64,000 nucleotides of DNA, taken from Mobula hypostoma (lineage: Eukaryota). This document shows positions 12,685 to 24,992 of this stretch, in pieces; the stretch's first letter is position 1; each line of letters begins with the position of its first letter. The notes under the pieces are model-generated. The model was not told where the DNA came from. It ran no database searches and saw only the letters and a list, made by a program, of their open reading frames with translations. Made by a program: the position numbers and the translations under genes. The DNA lies in NCBI RefSeq assembly GCF_963921235.1, contig NC_086118.1:14386001-14450000 (forward strand). Reading direction: 5' to 3'.

Positions 12685-12720
12685 AGTCCTGACGAAGGGT
12701 CTTGGCCCGAAACGTCGACT
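12685..12720 (+). ncRNA. Minimal type I hammerhead ribozyme motif
   Basis: AGTC-CTGACGA-A-GGGT(CTTG)GCCC-GAAA-C-GTC-GACT: stem I AGTC/GACT, core CUGANGA and GAAA, GUC cleavage triplet. Confidence 0.75.
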
Positions 12721-13149
12721 GCACCTCTTCCTAGAGATGCTGCCTGGCCTGCTGCGCTCACCAGCAACGTTTACGTGTGTTGCATCTGCAGATTTCCTCG
12801 TGTTTGCACTGACAATGTGATACTCTGTTGTTTGGCCGTGCAGTTGTGCATGATCAGTGCATCCAGCAGTAAACTCAGCACACAGCCCGGGGGTGCACCC
12901 ATGTTGAGGAAGACAGAGAGGGAGGAGTGGATGTGTATCCTGAGATCTGAGGTCTGTTTGCTAGGAAGTCCAACACCCAGTTGCACAGTATTTAGGCCAA
13001 AGAGTAGGAGTTTGTTCACTAAGGTTTAAGATGGGGCTTTTGAAGTCCAGTGACTACTTAATGGTGGTTAACAAAATAAGGAATACAACTAAATAATTTA
13101 TTAATAACACTTTTTCCGTAAAAAATTATGGTAAGCAATCACAGCAAAC

Positions 13150-14265
13150 AATGAAAAAGTGAGCAAGGGTGAGGCTGGGTGAAGGGTGAAGCATGCAGAT
13201 GTGAGGCGAAGCTGAGGCGAGGTCGAGGCAAAGTTGGAGCCAGCAAATTTAGAGCGTAGAAGAGGCATATTCGAGGCCCGTTCACCTAATTCCAGAGCAG
13301 GGTTTGATCGATCTGAGTGCCTGGCCGATTTGGAAACGTCAGGTACGGAACGAAGCATGGTGGCATGGTCCAGACCCAAAGTGTATCGATGTGACAGGGC
13401 CCGGGTCTTAGAGCAAGGGACATCCTGATGTTTGTACAATTTAAATGCCAGGCCAGATGAATTGAAAAGGCAGGGTGTCAGGACCAGAGGCGAGGGTCAG
13501 GCCAGTTCTGCTTGCTGCTCCACGGCACTAACTCCACTCTGAGACTGAGGCTATGGTCTGCTCTGGGCTTCATGTCTGAGGACTCACTTTCATTCTATGT
13601 TACTTGCTTACTTTTATTGGTTGGATGTTTGACAGTCTTTTTTAAATGGGTTCTTTTGTTTTTTTTTGTTTTGTGGCTGCTTGTAAGGAGCCGAATCTCA
13701 ACGTTGTACGAGGGCTGATTGATAAGTTCGAGGCCTAAGGCAGAAGGAGTCAATTTTAGAAAACCTAGCACATTTAGTTTTCAACATAGTCCCCTCGTAC
13801 ATTTACACACTTAGTGCAGCTGTCGTGAAGCATACAGATCCCTTCTTTGTAGAAGTTGGCATCTTGGACCTCCAGAAAGTGGTCCACAGCAGGGGTGATT
13901 GATAAGTTCGTGGCCTAAGGTAGAAGGAGATGAGTTATTAACTTCAAACTTTCTGCATAATCACTCAAAGAGTTGAACTGCACATGCATGTAACGAGAGC
14001 TGTGTAACTCATCTCCTTCTACCTTAGGCCACGAACTTATCAGTCACCACGGCTGTGGACCACTTTCTGGAGGATCAAGGTGCTGACTTCTATAAAGAAG
14101 GGATCCATATGCTCCACGACCGCTGGACTAAGTGTGTAATTGTGGGAGGGGACTATGTTGAAAAATAAATGTGCTAGGTTTTCTAAAATTGACTTCTTCT
14201 GCCTTAGGCCACAAACTTACCAATCACCGCTTGTACTTTTATCATAAATGTACTTTGAACTTTGA
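13150..14265 (+). repeat. Non-coding interspersed repeat with AATAAATGTACTTTGAACTTTGA-type tail; hosts the mariner MITE
   Basis: Its 3' part matches 16500-16880, and the tail resembles the Rex1-type LINE end at about 40060. Confidence 0.55.
13709..14233. mobile_element. Mariner-derived palindromic MITE
   Basis: TA on both sides (13707-13708, 14234-14235) and about 230-bp inverted arms. 14052-14168 encodes a mariner C-terminus, FYKEGIHMLHDRWTKCVIVGGDYVEK*. Confidence 0.92.
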
Positions 14266-14383
14266 AAGTCTGTGCAACAGTAGAGGTCAGTATTGGAGTG
14301 GAACAAGGCGACTGGATTGTCCATTTGCAGTATAGATTAAAAATGATATTGTATTAATATTTTCTCTATCTCCAATCCTTCAG

Positions 14384-14405
14384 GAATTTACAGTCAAAAG
14401 TACAG
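14384..14405 (+). CDS. Candidate 22-nt microexon of a host gene
   Basis: Pyrimidine tract TTTTCTCTATCTCCAATCCTTCAG acceptor and CAG|GTAATG donor in repeat-free sequence. One frame reads NLQSKVQ and ends in phase 0. Confidence 0.5.
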
Positions 14406-14914
14406 GTAATGTAAAAAATATTCCTTCCACAGAACTGCATCTGTTAGTTTCTTGCCTTAATTACGTTGAATAAAACTAAATGAAGATGCTTTTATCTAAG
14501 TGTCTCTGAATAGAAAGGAAGGTTGGGGGGTTCACTCAGGGTTTTTACAAATATTCTAATCCTGTCTTTCAAAAATAGTATTGATTTTGTCAGTGGGGAA
14601 CGTTTACACCCCATTCTATTCGTGCTGACAACCTGAAGCTTGCCACACTTCTGAATGTGAGAGCTTCCTTCTGCAGTCTTGGTTTTAACTCGTAAAAAAT
14701 ATATGGAGCTCTGCAGGGAAGTCGCCAGAAACTCCCCTCCCTGCCCCTGCGACAGCTAGGAGTAGAGTTGAAAAGGTTATATTGGTTATAACAGAAACTG
14801 CTCCTCTTTGGAAATGTTGGTGTGACTGCAGCCGCCTGCCTTACTGCGGATCTAATACTACTGATGTTTATTGATCAGATAAGAGAGTAATTGAATGCCT
14901 GGGCCGGATAGCTC

Positions 14915-14950
14915 CTTGCGGGCGGGGTTTTCTTTAAACTATAAAGCAGG
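14915..14950 (+). promoter_or_regulatory. Candidate Pol II promoter (GC box plus TATA)
   Basis: GGGCGGGG at 14920-14927 and TATAAA at 14940-14945, upstream of a (CT)n tract and a candidate first exon. Confidence 0.4.
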
Positions 14951-15225
14951 GGAATGTTTTCTCCACACATTTGGCTTCAGGGCTTAGCTGAAAATATCCT
15001 TTACTCAGCGATTCTCTCCTCCACCCATCCCCCATCTCTCTATCTCTCTGTCTCTCTCTCTCTCGCGCTCTCTCTCTCCCTCCCCCCCTCATTCTCTCTT
15101 TTTATCTCTTTATCTCTATCTCTCGCTTCCGAAGGGTCAGATCACACCCGGCTGGTTATGCTGGTCTCGCACAATTCCTCCTTGTGGCTATGTGATGGCG
15201 GGATGAGAGGCTGTTGTCTGGAAGG

Positions 15226-15309
15226 ATGGAGAAGAAAGTTTGTGTGATCCAAACAGATTTTCATCAGTATCGTCCAACTGTCAGTGTTCAAGTGAAGCCT
15301 CTGGCACAT
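15226..15309 (+). CDS. Candidate (alternative) first coding exon, MEKKVCVIQTDFHQYRPTVSVQVKPLAH
   Basis: Strong Kozak context AGGATGG, upstream in-frame TGA, 28 open codons, then a GTAAGA donor (phase 0). Gene identity is not established. Confidence 0.55.
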
Positions 15310-16499
15310 GTAAGACAGAAATACTATCCTGTTCCTCATTTTTGAAGCTGTCAGTCTTTGCATAATTATGAAGACATATGTTTGATCAGTTTACAATGGC
15401 GATGTCTCCTAATTTTAATGTCACTCTGCCTCTTGTATTATCTCTTAGTGCATGTGCTAAGGACTCATCTATGTCAGTGGTGCTACCAGGTTTATCTAGA
15501 AATAATATAGATTTTTATTGTGCTTTACATATGCAGTGACTGAGTCTTGTTAAAGCAATATTATATTTAAAAATACATACTTTGATTAAAATTAAAATTG
15601 GCTACCATGCTATTTTGTGGTGGTTGTTCAGTGGAAGTCAATTTGCTTAATATGCCTGAATAGGTTTAATAAAGTATGTTTTTTTTGAAAAGCTGAAGTA
15701 AAGTTAAAGGGAAAGAAAAACAGAAACGGTATCACAATACTGCAAAAAGCCTACCAGTCCCGAGTGCACATCTACACTGTACTAAACAGAAAAACACTCA
15801 TATTTACATGTTCTCTGAATGTTGTATGTCCAACTTCTGATCTGCTGTAATTAGATCCAATTACCGGCAATGTAAAAATAAAACTGATAATGTGTTTATT
15901 TGTCACTGCTTGAAATCAGTGTCAGCCTGGATTCCAGAGAAGTCGTTTTGCTCTTCATGTACTGACATGGATTAGTTTCCAACCAACTGAAAGGAGGGAG
16001 GTATTTTGATTTAAAATCTATGCTGAAGGATAACCTCTCTAACACACTCGCCAACATTTGGAAATTTGTGCCACAGTTGCAACTTCTTTTCTACCGAAAT
16101 TCAGGGAACAGTTTGAGACTGTACAGGAGCTTCTCAAACATCTCCATCGAAATCTCTGTCCGTGTGATGATGGTGCTCCCATGGTGCAGTGGGCCAGGAA
16201 GGTCTGGGATTTGCATCAAGTGATGATGAAGACGCGGCCCTATGTTTCTAGGTCAGCTGAGGGAAATCTGCAGGTTCTGGTGACACATCTATAATTTTTC
16301 TGCACATATCTTCCTTGGTTGTCGATTTTGGTGACAATTTCAATGAAACAAACAGTGAATGGTGCACAGAGCAGCCATGTTATGTTTTGGACGAGATGAA
16401 TATTTGGAGTGGAGTTTTAGGTAGCAATTGGTCTACTTTGTGCTGAATAATGTTGAGTTTCTAACATTGTAGATGATGGAAATTATGGTGAATTAGGTG

Positions 16500-16880
16500 G
16501 TGAACTTTGGACAACTCAATCACTGGGCAAGACTGAGAAGGTCAGAGTGTTGGGTCGGAGGCAAGGGGTTTGCTGTTCCACGAGTTTTACTCGTATTTGC
16601 GCTGAACTAAAGATGTAGCCTGCAACTAACAGGCTCCTTAATCAGCAGCTAACTTCATATCTGTAGACTTACTTTTGTGAACTTCAGTTCTGAATGTTAC
16701 TTGCTTACTTGTATTGTTTGCACAATTTGTTTTTTTTCTGCGCATTGGGTGTTTCACAGTCTTCTCTTTTTTAATGGGCTCTATTAGGTTGCTTTGTTCT
16801 GTGGCTGCCTGTAAGGAGATGAATCTCAATGTTGTATATAGTATACATACTTCGATAATAAATGTACTTTGAATTTTGAG
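16500..16880 (+). repeat. Second copy of the 13.2-kb non-coding repeat (3' part)
   Basis: GTGGCTGCCTGTAAGGAGATGAATCTCAA..AATAAATGTACTTTGA shared with 13670-14265. Confidence 0.6.
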
Positions 16881-18269
16881 TCATCCCTCCAGGTTACTGA
16901 GCCTCAGACCAAACTAATGTCCACTGCATTTATGTGTCTATTTCGATTTAGGGGGACTTTGCAATGCCATTGAATTTCATGGAGACTACTTCTGTTGGCA
17001 TGGTTATTGCAGTTACTATGCTGTTTCTGAATGTTACCCAGGTCTTACTACACTTAAGTTTGACAACATCGTTATCTGAGGAGTTGTGAATAGATTTCAG
17101 TGTCGGGTACTTTATATTCTAAAATGGAATCTAAGTCATTGGTGAAGCAGTTGAATATGTTTGGGCTGAGGAGTCTGCCCAGAGGTGACATAATTAACTC
17201 CCAACAGTTACAAACAACTATCACACATTAACACCATGAGACGGGTTTTACAAAGGCTCTTTGATACATGCTGTAAGCTTGATTAATGACAAATTAATAA
17301 ATTGATAAATTAACAGCAGTCAGTTGGCATTGCAACTGGTGCTCAATTTTTTGAATGTTTGGAGCAAGGCTGTAATGAGGTGTTGGGTAGTCCTGGAGAA
17401 GCACAAATTAAGCAGGTAAGTAAGTGGATCTCGATGTGACTTTCACCAGAGTCTAATAGGGAGTGTATTTGTCATGTTGGTAGAATCTTTCTGATATTGT
17501 CATGTTGCTCCTTTTCTTGAGGCATGGCTAGATTAGGAGCACATCTTCCACATATCGAATGATCCTCTATCCAATACTCTGCTTTTTCTTCATATCTTGT
17601 AGAGTAAATGGAATGAGATGAAGAACAAAACTAAAAAATATTGGAAAATTCAATAGTGCACCTGAAGAGGTGATAAATGTTCTAGTCTTGTTTTTTGGTC
17701 CTGTGTGTCATCATTGAAGAAGGGGACGTTTGTGAAAACTCCATTGCCCTCTGCTAGTCATGGCTGAATGTGACAGGGTTGTAGAGCTTTGATTTAATTG
17801 GATGTTTGAGGGATTGCTTATTTTTTTACCTATCACTTGTTGGTTATGTTGATTTACCAGTTTGACTCTTTATTCTGATGTACTTCTCAATGAACCAAGA
17901 TTGATTCCCTCATTTGATAGTAATGGCAGAGTGCGGAATGTGCCAGAGTATGAGTTTACAGATTGTGATGCATTACTTTCCTGGTGTTACGATGGCCTAC
18001 AGTACCTCAGGACGCCTTCTTTTGAACTGTTATATCAGATTTGAGTTCATCCCATGCAACATGATGGTGATGCCTCAAAATTCCACAAGGGTGGCCACAG
18101 CGAAAAGACTGAAGGTTATGCACATCACTGTTCCTGAGGAGGTGTTGGATTGTGAAGCAGGGGCAGTTAGAACATTTTGCGTGCCACAGTTCCTGAGGAG
18201 ATGTTGAAATTTACATAATTAGGCACTTGGCAAGGTCCAGTGTAAAGAGTAAAGCGTTAAGTTAAAACA

Positions 18270-20010
18270 GCCATTGTGTAAGTAGATCAATGTTAGAGTG
18301 GAGAGCTCAGGCTTTGGCTCATAGAGGCTTTGGCAAGGAGGGGTGAAGGCAGTAGGTAGATCTTTTTGTTTATTTTTTCTTTCTTATTGTACAGTTAGGG
18401 CAGTGGGGATGCCAGGCAGGCTAGTGAAATGCTCCTCCTGTGAGATGTGGGAAGGTAGGAAGACCTCCAGCATCCCTAATGACCGCACCTTCTAGTAGTG
18501 GATCCAGCTACAGCTTCTTTCAGACCATGTTCAGGAGTTGGAACTGGAACTGGATGAACTCTGGATCATTCGGGGGGCTAAGGCGTTGATCAACAGGACC
18601 TAGAGGGAAATAGTTATTACATGCAAGATGCAGGACACAGGTAACTGGGTGACCATCAGGAGGGGGAAAAGGATAGGCAGCAAGTGCAGAGGAGCCCTAT
18701 TGCCATTCCCCTCAACAAAAGGCATATTGCTTTGGATACTGTTGGGGTTGGGGTGGAGCAAAGGAAACTCACAGCCGACCGGTCTCTGGCACTGAGTCTG
18801 ACTCTATGGCTCAAAAGGGGAGGGGGAAAGAAAAGGAGTGCTGTAGTGATAGGGATTCCACAGTTCAAGGAGCAGGCAGGAGATTTTGTGGGTATGAAAG
18901 AGATACATGGATGGTATGTTGCATTCTAAAGGGAATAAGCGAGCAACCAAAAGTTGTGGGGCACATCGGTACCAATGACGTGGGTAGGAAAAGGGAGAAG
19001 GTCCTGAAGAGAGAATATATGGAGATAGGTAGAAAATTAAAAGCAAGACCTCAAGGGTAGATTACTGCCTATGCCACGTGCCAGTGTGGGTAAGAATAGA
19101 ATTATTTTGCAGATGTGAGTGGCTGAGCAATTAGTGCATGGGGCAGGGTTTCAGAATTCCCTGGATTATTGTGATCTCTTCTGGGGAAGGTATGACATGT
19201 ACAAAAAGGACGGTATACGTCTGAACCTGAGGAGTACTGATATCCTTGTGGGGAGGTTTGCTGGATCTTTTGGAGAGGTCTTAACTAATTTGGCAGGGGG
19301 ATAGGAACCAGAGTGATAGGGCTGAGGATGGGGCATTTGGTGTACAAGTATGTAGTGAGATTCTGAGGAAGGACAGGGTGGCTGTGTTGGTAAGAAATCA
19401 AATTAAATCCTTTGGAAGTGGTAACATAGGATCAGAAGATGTAGAAACTTTGTTGGGTAGAGTCATGAAAACTGCAAGTGTAAAAAGACCCTGATGGGAG
19501 TATATACAGGCCTCTGAGCAGCTGCCAGATGTGGGGTACAATTTACAACAGGAGCGAGTAAAGGGCAATTTCAGAATAGTCATGGGGGGTTTTAATAGTG
19601 GGAAAATCAGGTTGGTGCTGGATGCCAAGAGATGGAATTTCTAGAAAGCCTATGCGATGGCTTTTTAGAGTAACTTCTGTTGAGCTCCCTTGGGAATTCT
19701 GGATTGAGTATTGTGTAATGTAGCAGATTTGATTTGGGAGCTTGAGGTAAAGGAACCCTTAGGAGGCAGTGATCATAATATGATAGAGTTCACCTTGTAG
19801 TTTGAAAGGGAGAAGATAAAGTCAGAACTATCAGTATTATGGTGGAGTAAAGGAATTACAGAGGTATGAGAAAGGAGATGGCCAAACTTGATTGGGTGAG
19901 GACATTAGAAGGAACCATAGCTGAAGGGCAATGGCTGGAGTTTCTCAGAGCAATTCAGAAGGCATTAATCACAAATAAGAAGTAGGAGGATGAGATAACT
20001 GTGGCTGACA
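18270..20010 (+). mobile_element. Degenerate CR1 LINE 5' half (ORF1 zinc finger and esterase, start of ORF2 endonuclease)
   Basis: CSSCEMWE near 18430, ..HIGTNDVG.., ..FWGRYDMYKKDG.., and EPLGGSDHNMI near 19755, which is homologous to ORF 51106-52002. Confidence 0.82.
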
Positions 20011-20379
20011 GATCCAAACTATCAAATCTCTCTTGTTAGATATTTAGCCTTTTCTCAGCTGTGCAGCCTTTGGCTTAGCCTCACCTATATATTGCCTATT
20101 TGGCTAAAGTAGGAATTGATAGTGCTTTAATGTGAGCATACACTCCATGACTAAGCATGGAAGGGCAATGCAAGCGTACAGAAGAACTGGAGAAGACTTT
20201 TAGTAAAGCAAAAGAAGAAAGTTGCATGGTTATTCAGAAAACTGTGGCTTAAGAAACCATTGTGTCACAGAAGCCTGAGGCAATAGATGCCCCTGGATCA
20301 GTCTTGTATGGAGTAAAAATATTTCCCTTGTATCCTGCGGAGGAGAGATGTGAAGTACAGGAATGTTAAGGTAAATTAA

Positions 20380-20662
20380 GGAGCAGCACAGTAGTGCAAT
20401 GGTTAGCATAATGTTTTAGAGTGCAGGCAACCCAAGTTCAATTTCTGCTGCTACCTGTAAGGTGTTCGTACATTCTCCCTATGACTGCATGGGGTTCCTC
20501 TAGGTGCTCTGGTTTCCTCCTACAGTCCAAAGACTTACCAATTGGTAGGTTAATTGGTTATCGTAATTTGTCCCGTGATTAGGCTAGGATTAAATTGGGG
20601 ATTGCTGCATGGTGTGGCATGGGGGCGGGGGGGTGGCCTATTCTGCTCTCTATCTCAATTAA
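20380..20662 (+). mobile_element. V-SINE (HE1-like)
   Basis: tRNA-like head (TAGTGCAATGGTTAGC..GTTCAATT) and V-domain GGTTTCCTCCTACAGTCCAAAGAC. Confidence 0.82.
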
Positions 20663-23600
20663 CAAAAAATTTTCGTGAACTTGCCAGAATCAAGTTCCCT
20701 GCACAGGCTTAGGACTTTCTCAGGGGGTGCCCTACGATTTGCAGTTGTGGAAAAAGGCATGGAGCATAGGTGTGGTGGGCTGAGATATCCATTTACCATT
20801 GCACTTCAGAATATTGTAGATTTATTTATCTGGGTAGCACCCTAAAGGAACGATGCATGGGAAATGGTGCCATGACAAGGTTATTCTGGAAAGAAAATGC
20901 GGTATTGGCACAGGAAAGGTGTGCTGTATTTCCACTGTGGTCCAGGTCATCTTGGAAATCTTTGTAATCATTCTGTGGAAAAGATACTTTTCATATGCGT
21001 GGGCACCAATGGCATGATTTCTTTTATATCTTATATAAGCCATCTTTGTTTTGATTTGTCAACTTTCCAGCATAAATAATTAAAAATAATACAGTACTGA
21101 AAATAAGATCACAGAAGAAAAATGTGAGAGCTTCAGTTCAATCTGTGTTTCTTCTTCTCTGAATAATTTGCTTGGTGTATCTATATAGAGCAGGTCTGCA
21201 CTTGTCTCTTACTTATTTACAACAGTGGTTCATTTTTAATTCATGTAAGGTATTTTTAAAACATTGCAGTATTTCTTACATTGTCATTGGTCAAACAATT
21301 CTTTTGGGTCATGGGGCAGACCTTCTTTTCTCACACCTGAATGACTTTCACTGACACATTTGGTGTTAAACATTTTAAGTATAAAACTCTGGGATTTAGA
21401 GGGTTGGACCATTGACCCAAGGACAGGAGTTCAAATGTCACCAGAGCAATTGGGGAATTTAAGCTCAAATTATTGTATAAATCTAAGTAACACAAAAAAA
21501 CACGAGTCTCATTGGGAAAAAAGAAAGTACTAGATTGTCATTTATAAAAAAGCTTTCAGTTCACTAATGTTGTTTTTCAGGGGTGAAATCTGGCATTCTT
21601 GCCCCATCTAGTCGATATGTGACTAGAGACCTTCTCAGTCCTGGAGCAATTGGGGTGGACAATAAACACAGGCATTATCAGTGAAAAAGAATAAATCTGA
21701 AAAAAAAACATCAGGAGTAAGGATTTAAACATACTGGTTGAGGAATTTATTATGCATTTTAAATTCCCAAAATTACAGGTGTGAATTTCAGATGCTTGTT
21801 TCTGGGGTGTTGATGGCGGTCGAAAGACAAATGTCACATTCGTTAAAGATGAACAAGAGGTTACCTTTACCCAGGCTTTTGCATGTGCAAATAAGGGAGC
21901 ATAAAGCTGATCATATTGCTTTGAAGAATTCCAGTTCAATCTTATTGTTGTCTTAGGCATACTGAACATAGTACAGTATATAAAAGCCATGAATATTAGC
22001 TTATTGCGCTAGCAGCACAGTACATTACAAACATGACAAATGGTTGCTGGATGCTTGATATCCCTTCCAGAACTAAGTCATGAAACTGGCATTCCTCCTT
22101 CCATTTTCTAAAACCCACAGTTACTCCTCTGATCCTGCAAATTTGATGATTCCCATTAGAAATCTATTGCTAGATTCCTTGGGAAGTCCACATGGACTTG
22201 AGCCTGATTTCCTATGGACCCTCAGGTACGTTGAACAGCTTCTGTCAATGTAGGGGAACCTGAGAACTTAACCACACAAATAACTCAGAGTTTTTTCATG
22301 CAGCTTTCAAGCAGGGAATCAAAAGCTCTGGCATTTGTCCATAGATTCCGTTTTGTAACCTCACACTCAGTTTCTTTGTATTGTTAGGGCATAACTTCAG
22401 CAACTACCTTCAGCCATCAATCTTCAGATCTGAGTATGATCAAATTTAAAATGCACCTCTGGACAATAGAACTGTGAGAACAGCAGATAATTGAAAATCC
22501 GGACAATGTTGATTAACATTATCTGGAGTGTGGATGCAAAGAAGGCAGTGTGAAAGTTATATGTAATTCAAAGGAAACGTTGCAGATACAGTGTAAATAT
22601 AGAATTATCCTTTGATCTTTAGTATATAAAATATCAGGTAATATTGGGCCAAGCAGGCCTCTTCCTCTGAAATGGACTCAATATAATGCCTGCTGTGTCT
22701 CGTTTTGTAGAATAAAGGGACTACTTCATATCTACCAGCTGCTTCTCTCCCGTGCTTTTGTTCAAGCGGGATCAGTACATTATCTTTTTGCAGATCTTCA
22801 TTATCTCCCCCAGTTCAGGGCTGAACTTGGGAGGTTTATAGATGCCAATACAATATTTGTTTCCCTGTGCAGTTGCTTACCCTTATATACAAATTTTTCT
22901 CTCTAGCTTAACAGTGTCAAGATCTGATGGTATTGGCCATAACATGGACCAGATGTTAGTGAAAATCCTGATGTGGATAATTGCATTTGTGATCAGTAAA
23001 CAAAATATGTAATAGAACATTGTTGCAATGTGAACTCAATGCTCAGATTATGCATAATTTTTTTGACTGTTTTTTGCAAAAATGTTAAGATGAAAGGCAC
23101 AGATTGTGAAACTCAAGAACATTCTGAGTGCTTTAGTTTCTTGGATGCTGTTTGCTACTATTTATATGCAGTAGATATCCATATGTGAAGTTCTTCTGTG
23201 CACATGTATTTTATGGTAAAATTCCTTAACTATTTGTATATGCTAACAGTATAGATTGCAGTTAAAATTAATGGGAAAACAGGATTGCTTTGGGAAGGGG
23301 CATATACCCAAAGAGCCAAATCACTTCTCTCTGTGTCATAGAGAAGTCTGGCCAGATTGTTATGAGTTCTGTAAGGATGAATAATATTGAGTATCTCAAC
23401 CAAAAGTAATTAATTGGAAATCCAGATGCAGGTAATTGCATTTGTGATTAGAAATAAATAGAAATCAGTGTGTTTCTGTTGCAACACCTGCATCCTGTCA
23501 GCAATTTTATTGGACATTTTCCTTTGTAAATTGCTCTTGGCTATGTTGTTCAGATTTGGGAATGACTTAAGAATGTTTAATAATTTTGTAACACCAGATT

Positions 23601-24679
23601 CGACATGCAGTTTTATTGTAATTAATAAAAATGTACTGTTGTAGTTAGTGCGTCAAAATAGTTAATTGGTGCAAGAATAGGCGTGCACTGTTTAAAATAT
23701 TGTTATTTTCTTTCCTGTAGTCTTTCAAGGTTTCTTTTGGGAAAACAGTGTCATGTAAATCTTGGTGGGATGACAATGCAGACTGGCTTTCAGTTTGGGG
23801 GCCCTCGAGAATTCTTGACCATTAACTTAATAAGTTTTCAGGAGGAGTTCATCGCACTGAACATCAGTGCTGGGACACCCCTGCCAAGCATTAAGCATTG
23901 AGCACCTGTTGTGCATTAACTCTCACAATTATAACAGAGATAAAAGTGGAGCCTGTCTACCCATTCTGCAGTCGTTCTTACATGTTGAAGATCTTTCCCA
24001 CAAAATTCAATCAGTATGTGACGCATAGTTATTCCTTGAAATTGCGTGTGAGGTAGACTCAAGATGATAATTTGTTTCAAAGGGTGTGAGTTGCACTGTT
24101 GTCCTCGGGGAGAGTGGGGGGAGAAAAGCTGAGCATTTATTCAAAATCTATAATACTTCAAAAAAGAACATTTTAATATTTTCTTTATTCTTTTCAAATG
24201 CACATCATATGCAAATTGTATTTAAACTTTTTAAAAAAATCCTTTTTTCACGTTTACTAAAGAATTAGTCGAGGCTTATGCATGCTGCAGCCCAGCGTTA
24301 AATCCACGTCCGTTTATGTTCGTGACAGATGCCGGTGGGATTGCAGCTCGTTATATATCACTTGGAGGTCAGGGACTAGAGGATGTCAAATGTTTGCTGT
24401 CACTTGACAAAGAAGCTGATTGTAATAAAGCTGTCAAAATAGATTCTTGGTCTAGAAGTGGCCATCAGAAGATTGTCACATTGCTATATGTGGGTGTTTG
24501 TTTGCCTATGGCCCACTATTGCAACACAAAAAGCAGCTGTTCAGTGCATCAAGCCTACGCCAGCTCTCAATGGCACAAAACCAACAATCCTAATTCCCCT
24601 CCGCTGTAACTCTACAGATTGCATGCAAAACCATTCTCATTTTGATTCCTGTACTGCTTACCAGTACCAAGGCCACTAG

Positions 24680-24830
24680 CCACTGTAAATTTGCGTATCA
24701 GCGTATCTTTGGAATGTGGGAAGAAACCAGTGTATCCAGGGCAAACACACTCAGCCTCAAGAATGTACAATGGCCATATAAATGACATCTGAGGCTAGGA
24801 CTAAACGGAGGGTAGGAGTCCCTACAGTGT
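24680..24830 (-). mobile_element. Degenerate V-SINE-like fragment
   Basis: TCTTTGGAATGTGGGAAGAAACC is the reverse complement of the V-domain core. Confidence 0.5.
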
Positions 24831-24992
24831 TGCTTTTCTACTGCATAAGCTGATTTGCTACATACCGGCTGGCATGCTTCTACCTTACAACAATGACCAA
24901 AAGTAATATTGGCAGTAATATCTGGAAAGATAAAAAGGAATTCTGTGTCGATATTGTAAACAAAGTGAAATATTCAGTTACTGTAAAGGAAT

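Larger units (their letters stand above)
11798..12808 (-). mobile_element. Penelope-like retroelement fragment with an inverted terminal repeat
   Basis: GIY-YIG region on the minus strand (to about 12430) followed by a plus-strand terminal repeat. CTGACAATG duplicated at 11789-11797 and 12809-12817. Confidence 0.9.
11280..13025 (-). mobile_element. Rex1/Babar-type LINE RT fragment, split by a Penelope insertion
   Basis: GAPPGCVLS (ORF 12771-13019) joins RFANDMTVVGLI..YREEVEELEVWC and ..FYRYAVESILTRCITAWNG (ORFs 10993-11862, 11244-11765). Confidence 0.85.

Noticed and set aside
14954..15247. 97-aa ORF in the track as the host coding exon
   Set aside because: It is largely a translated (CT)n microsatellite. 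The other frame from 15226 has the Kozak context and the splice donor.
15950..18210. Possible ancient minus-strand LINE remnant
   Set aside because: The composition is suggestive, but it is too degenerate to assign a family or boundaries by eye.
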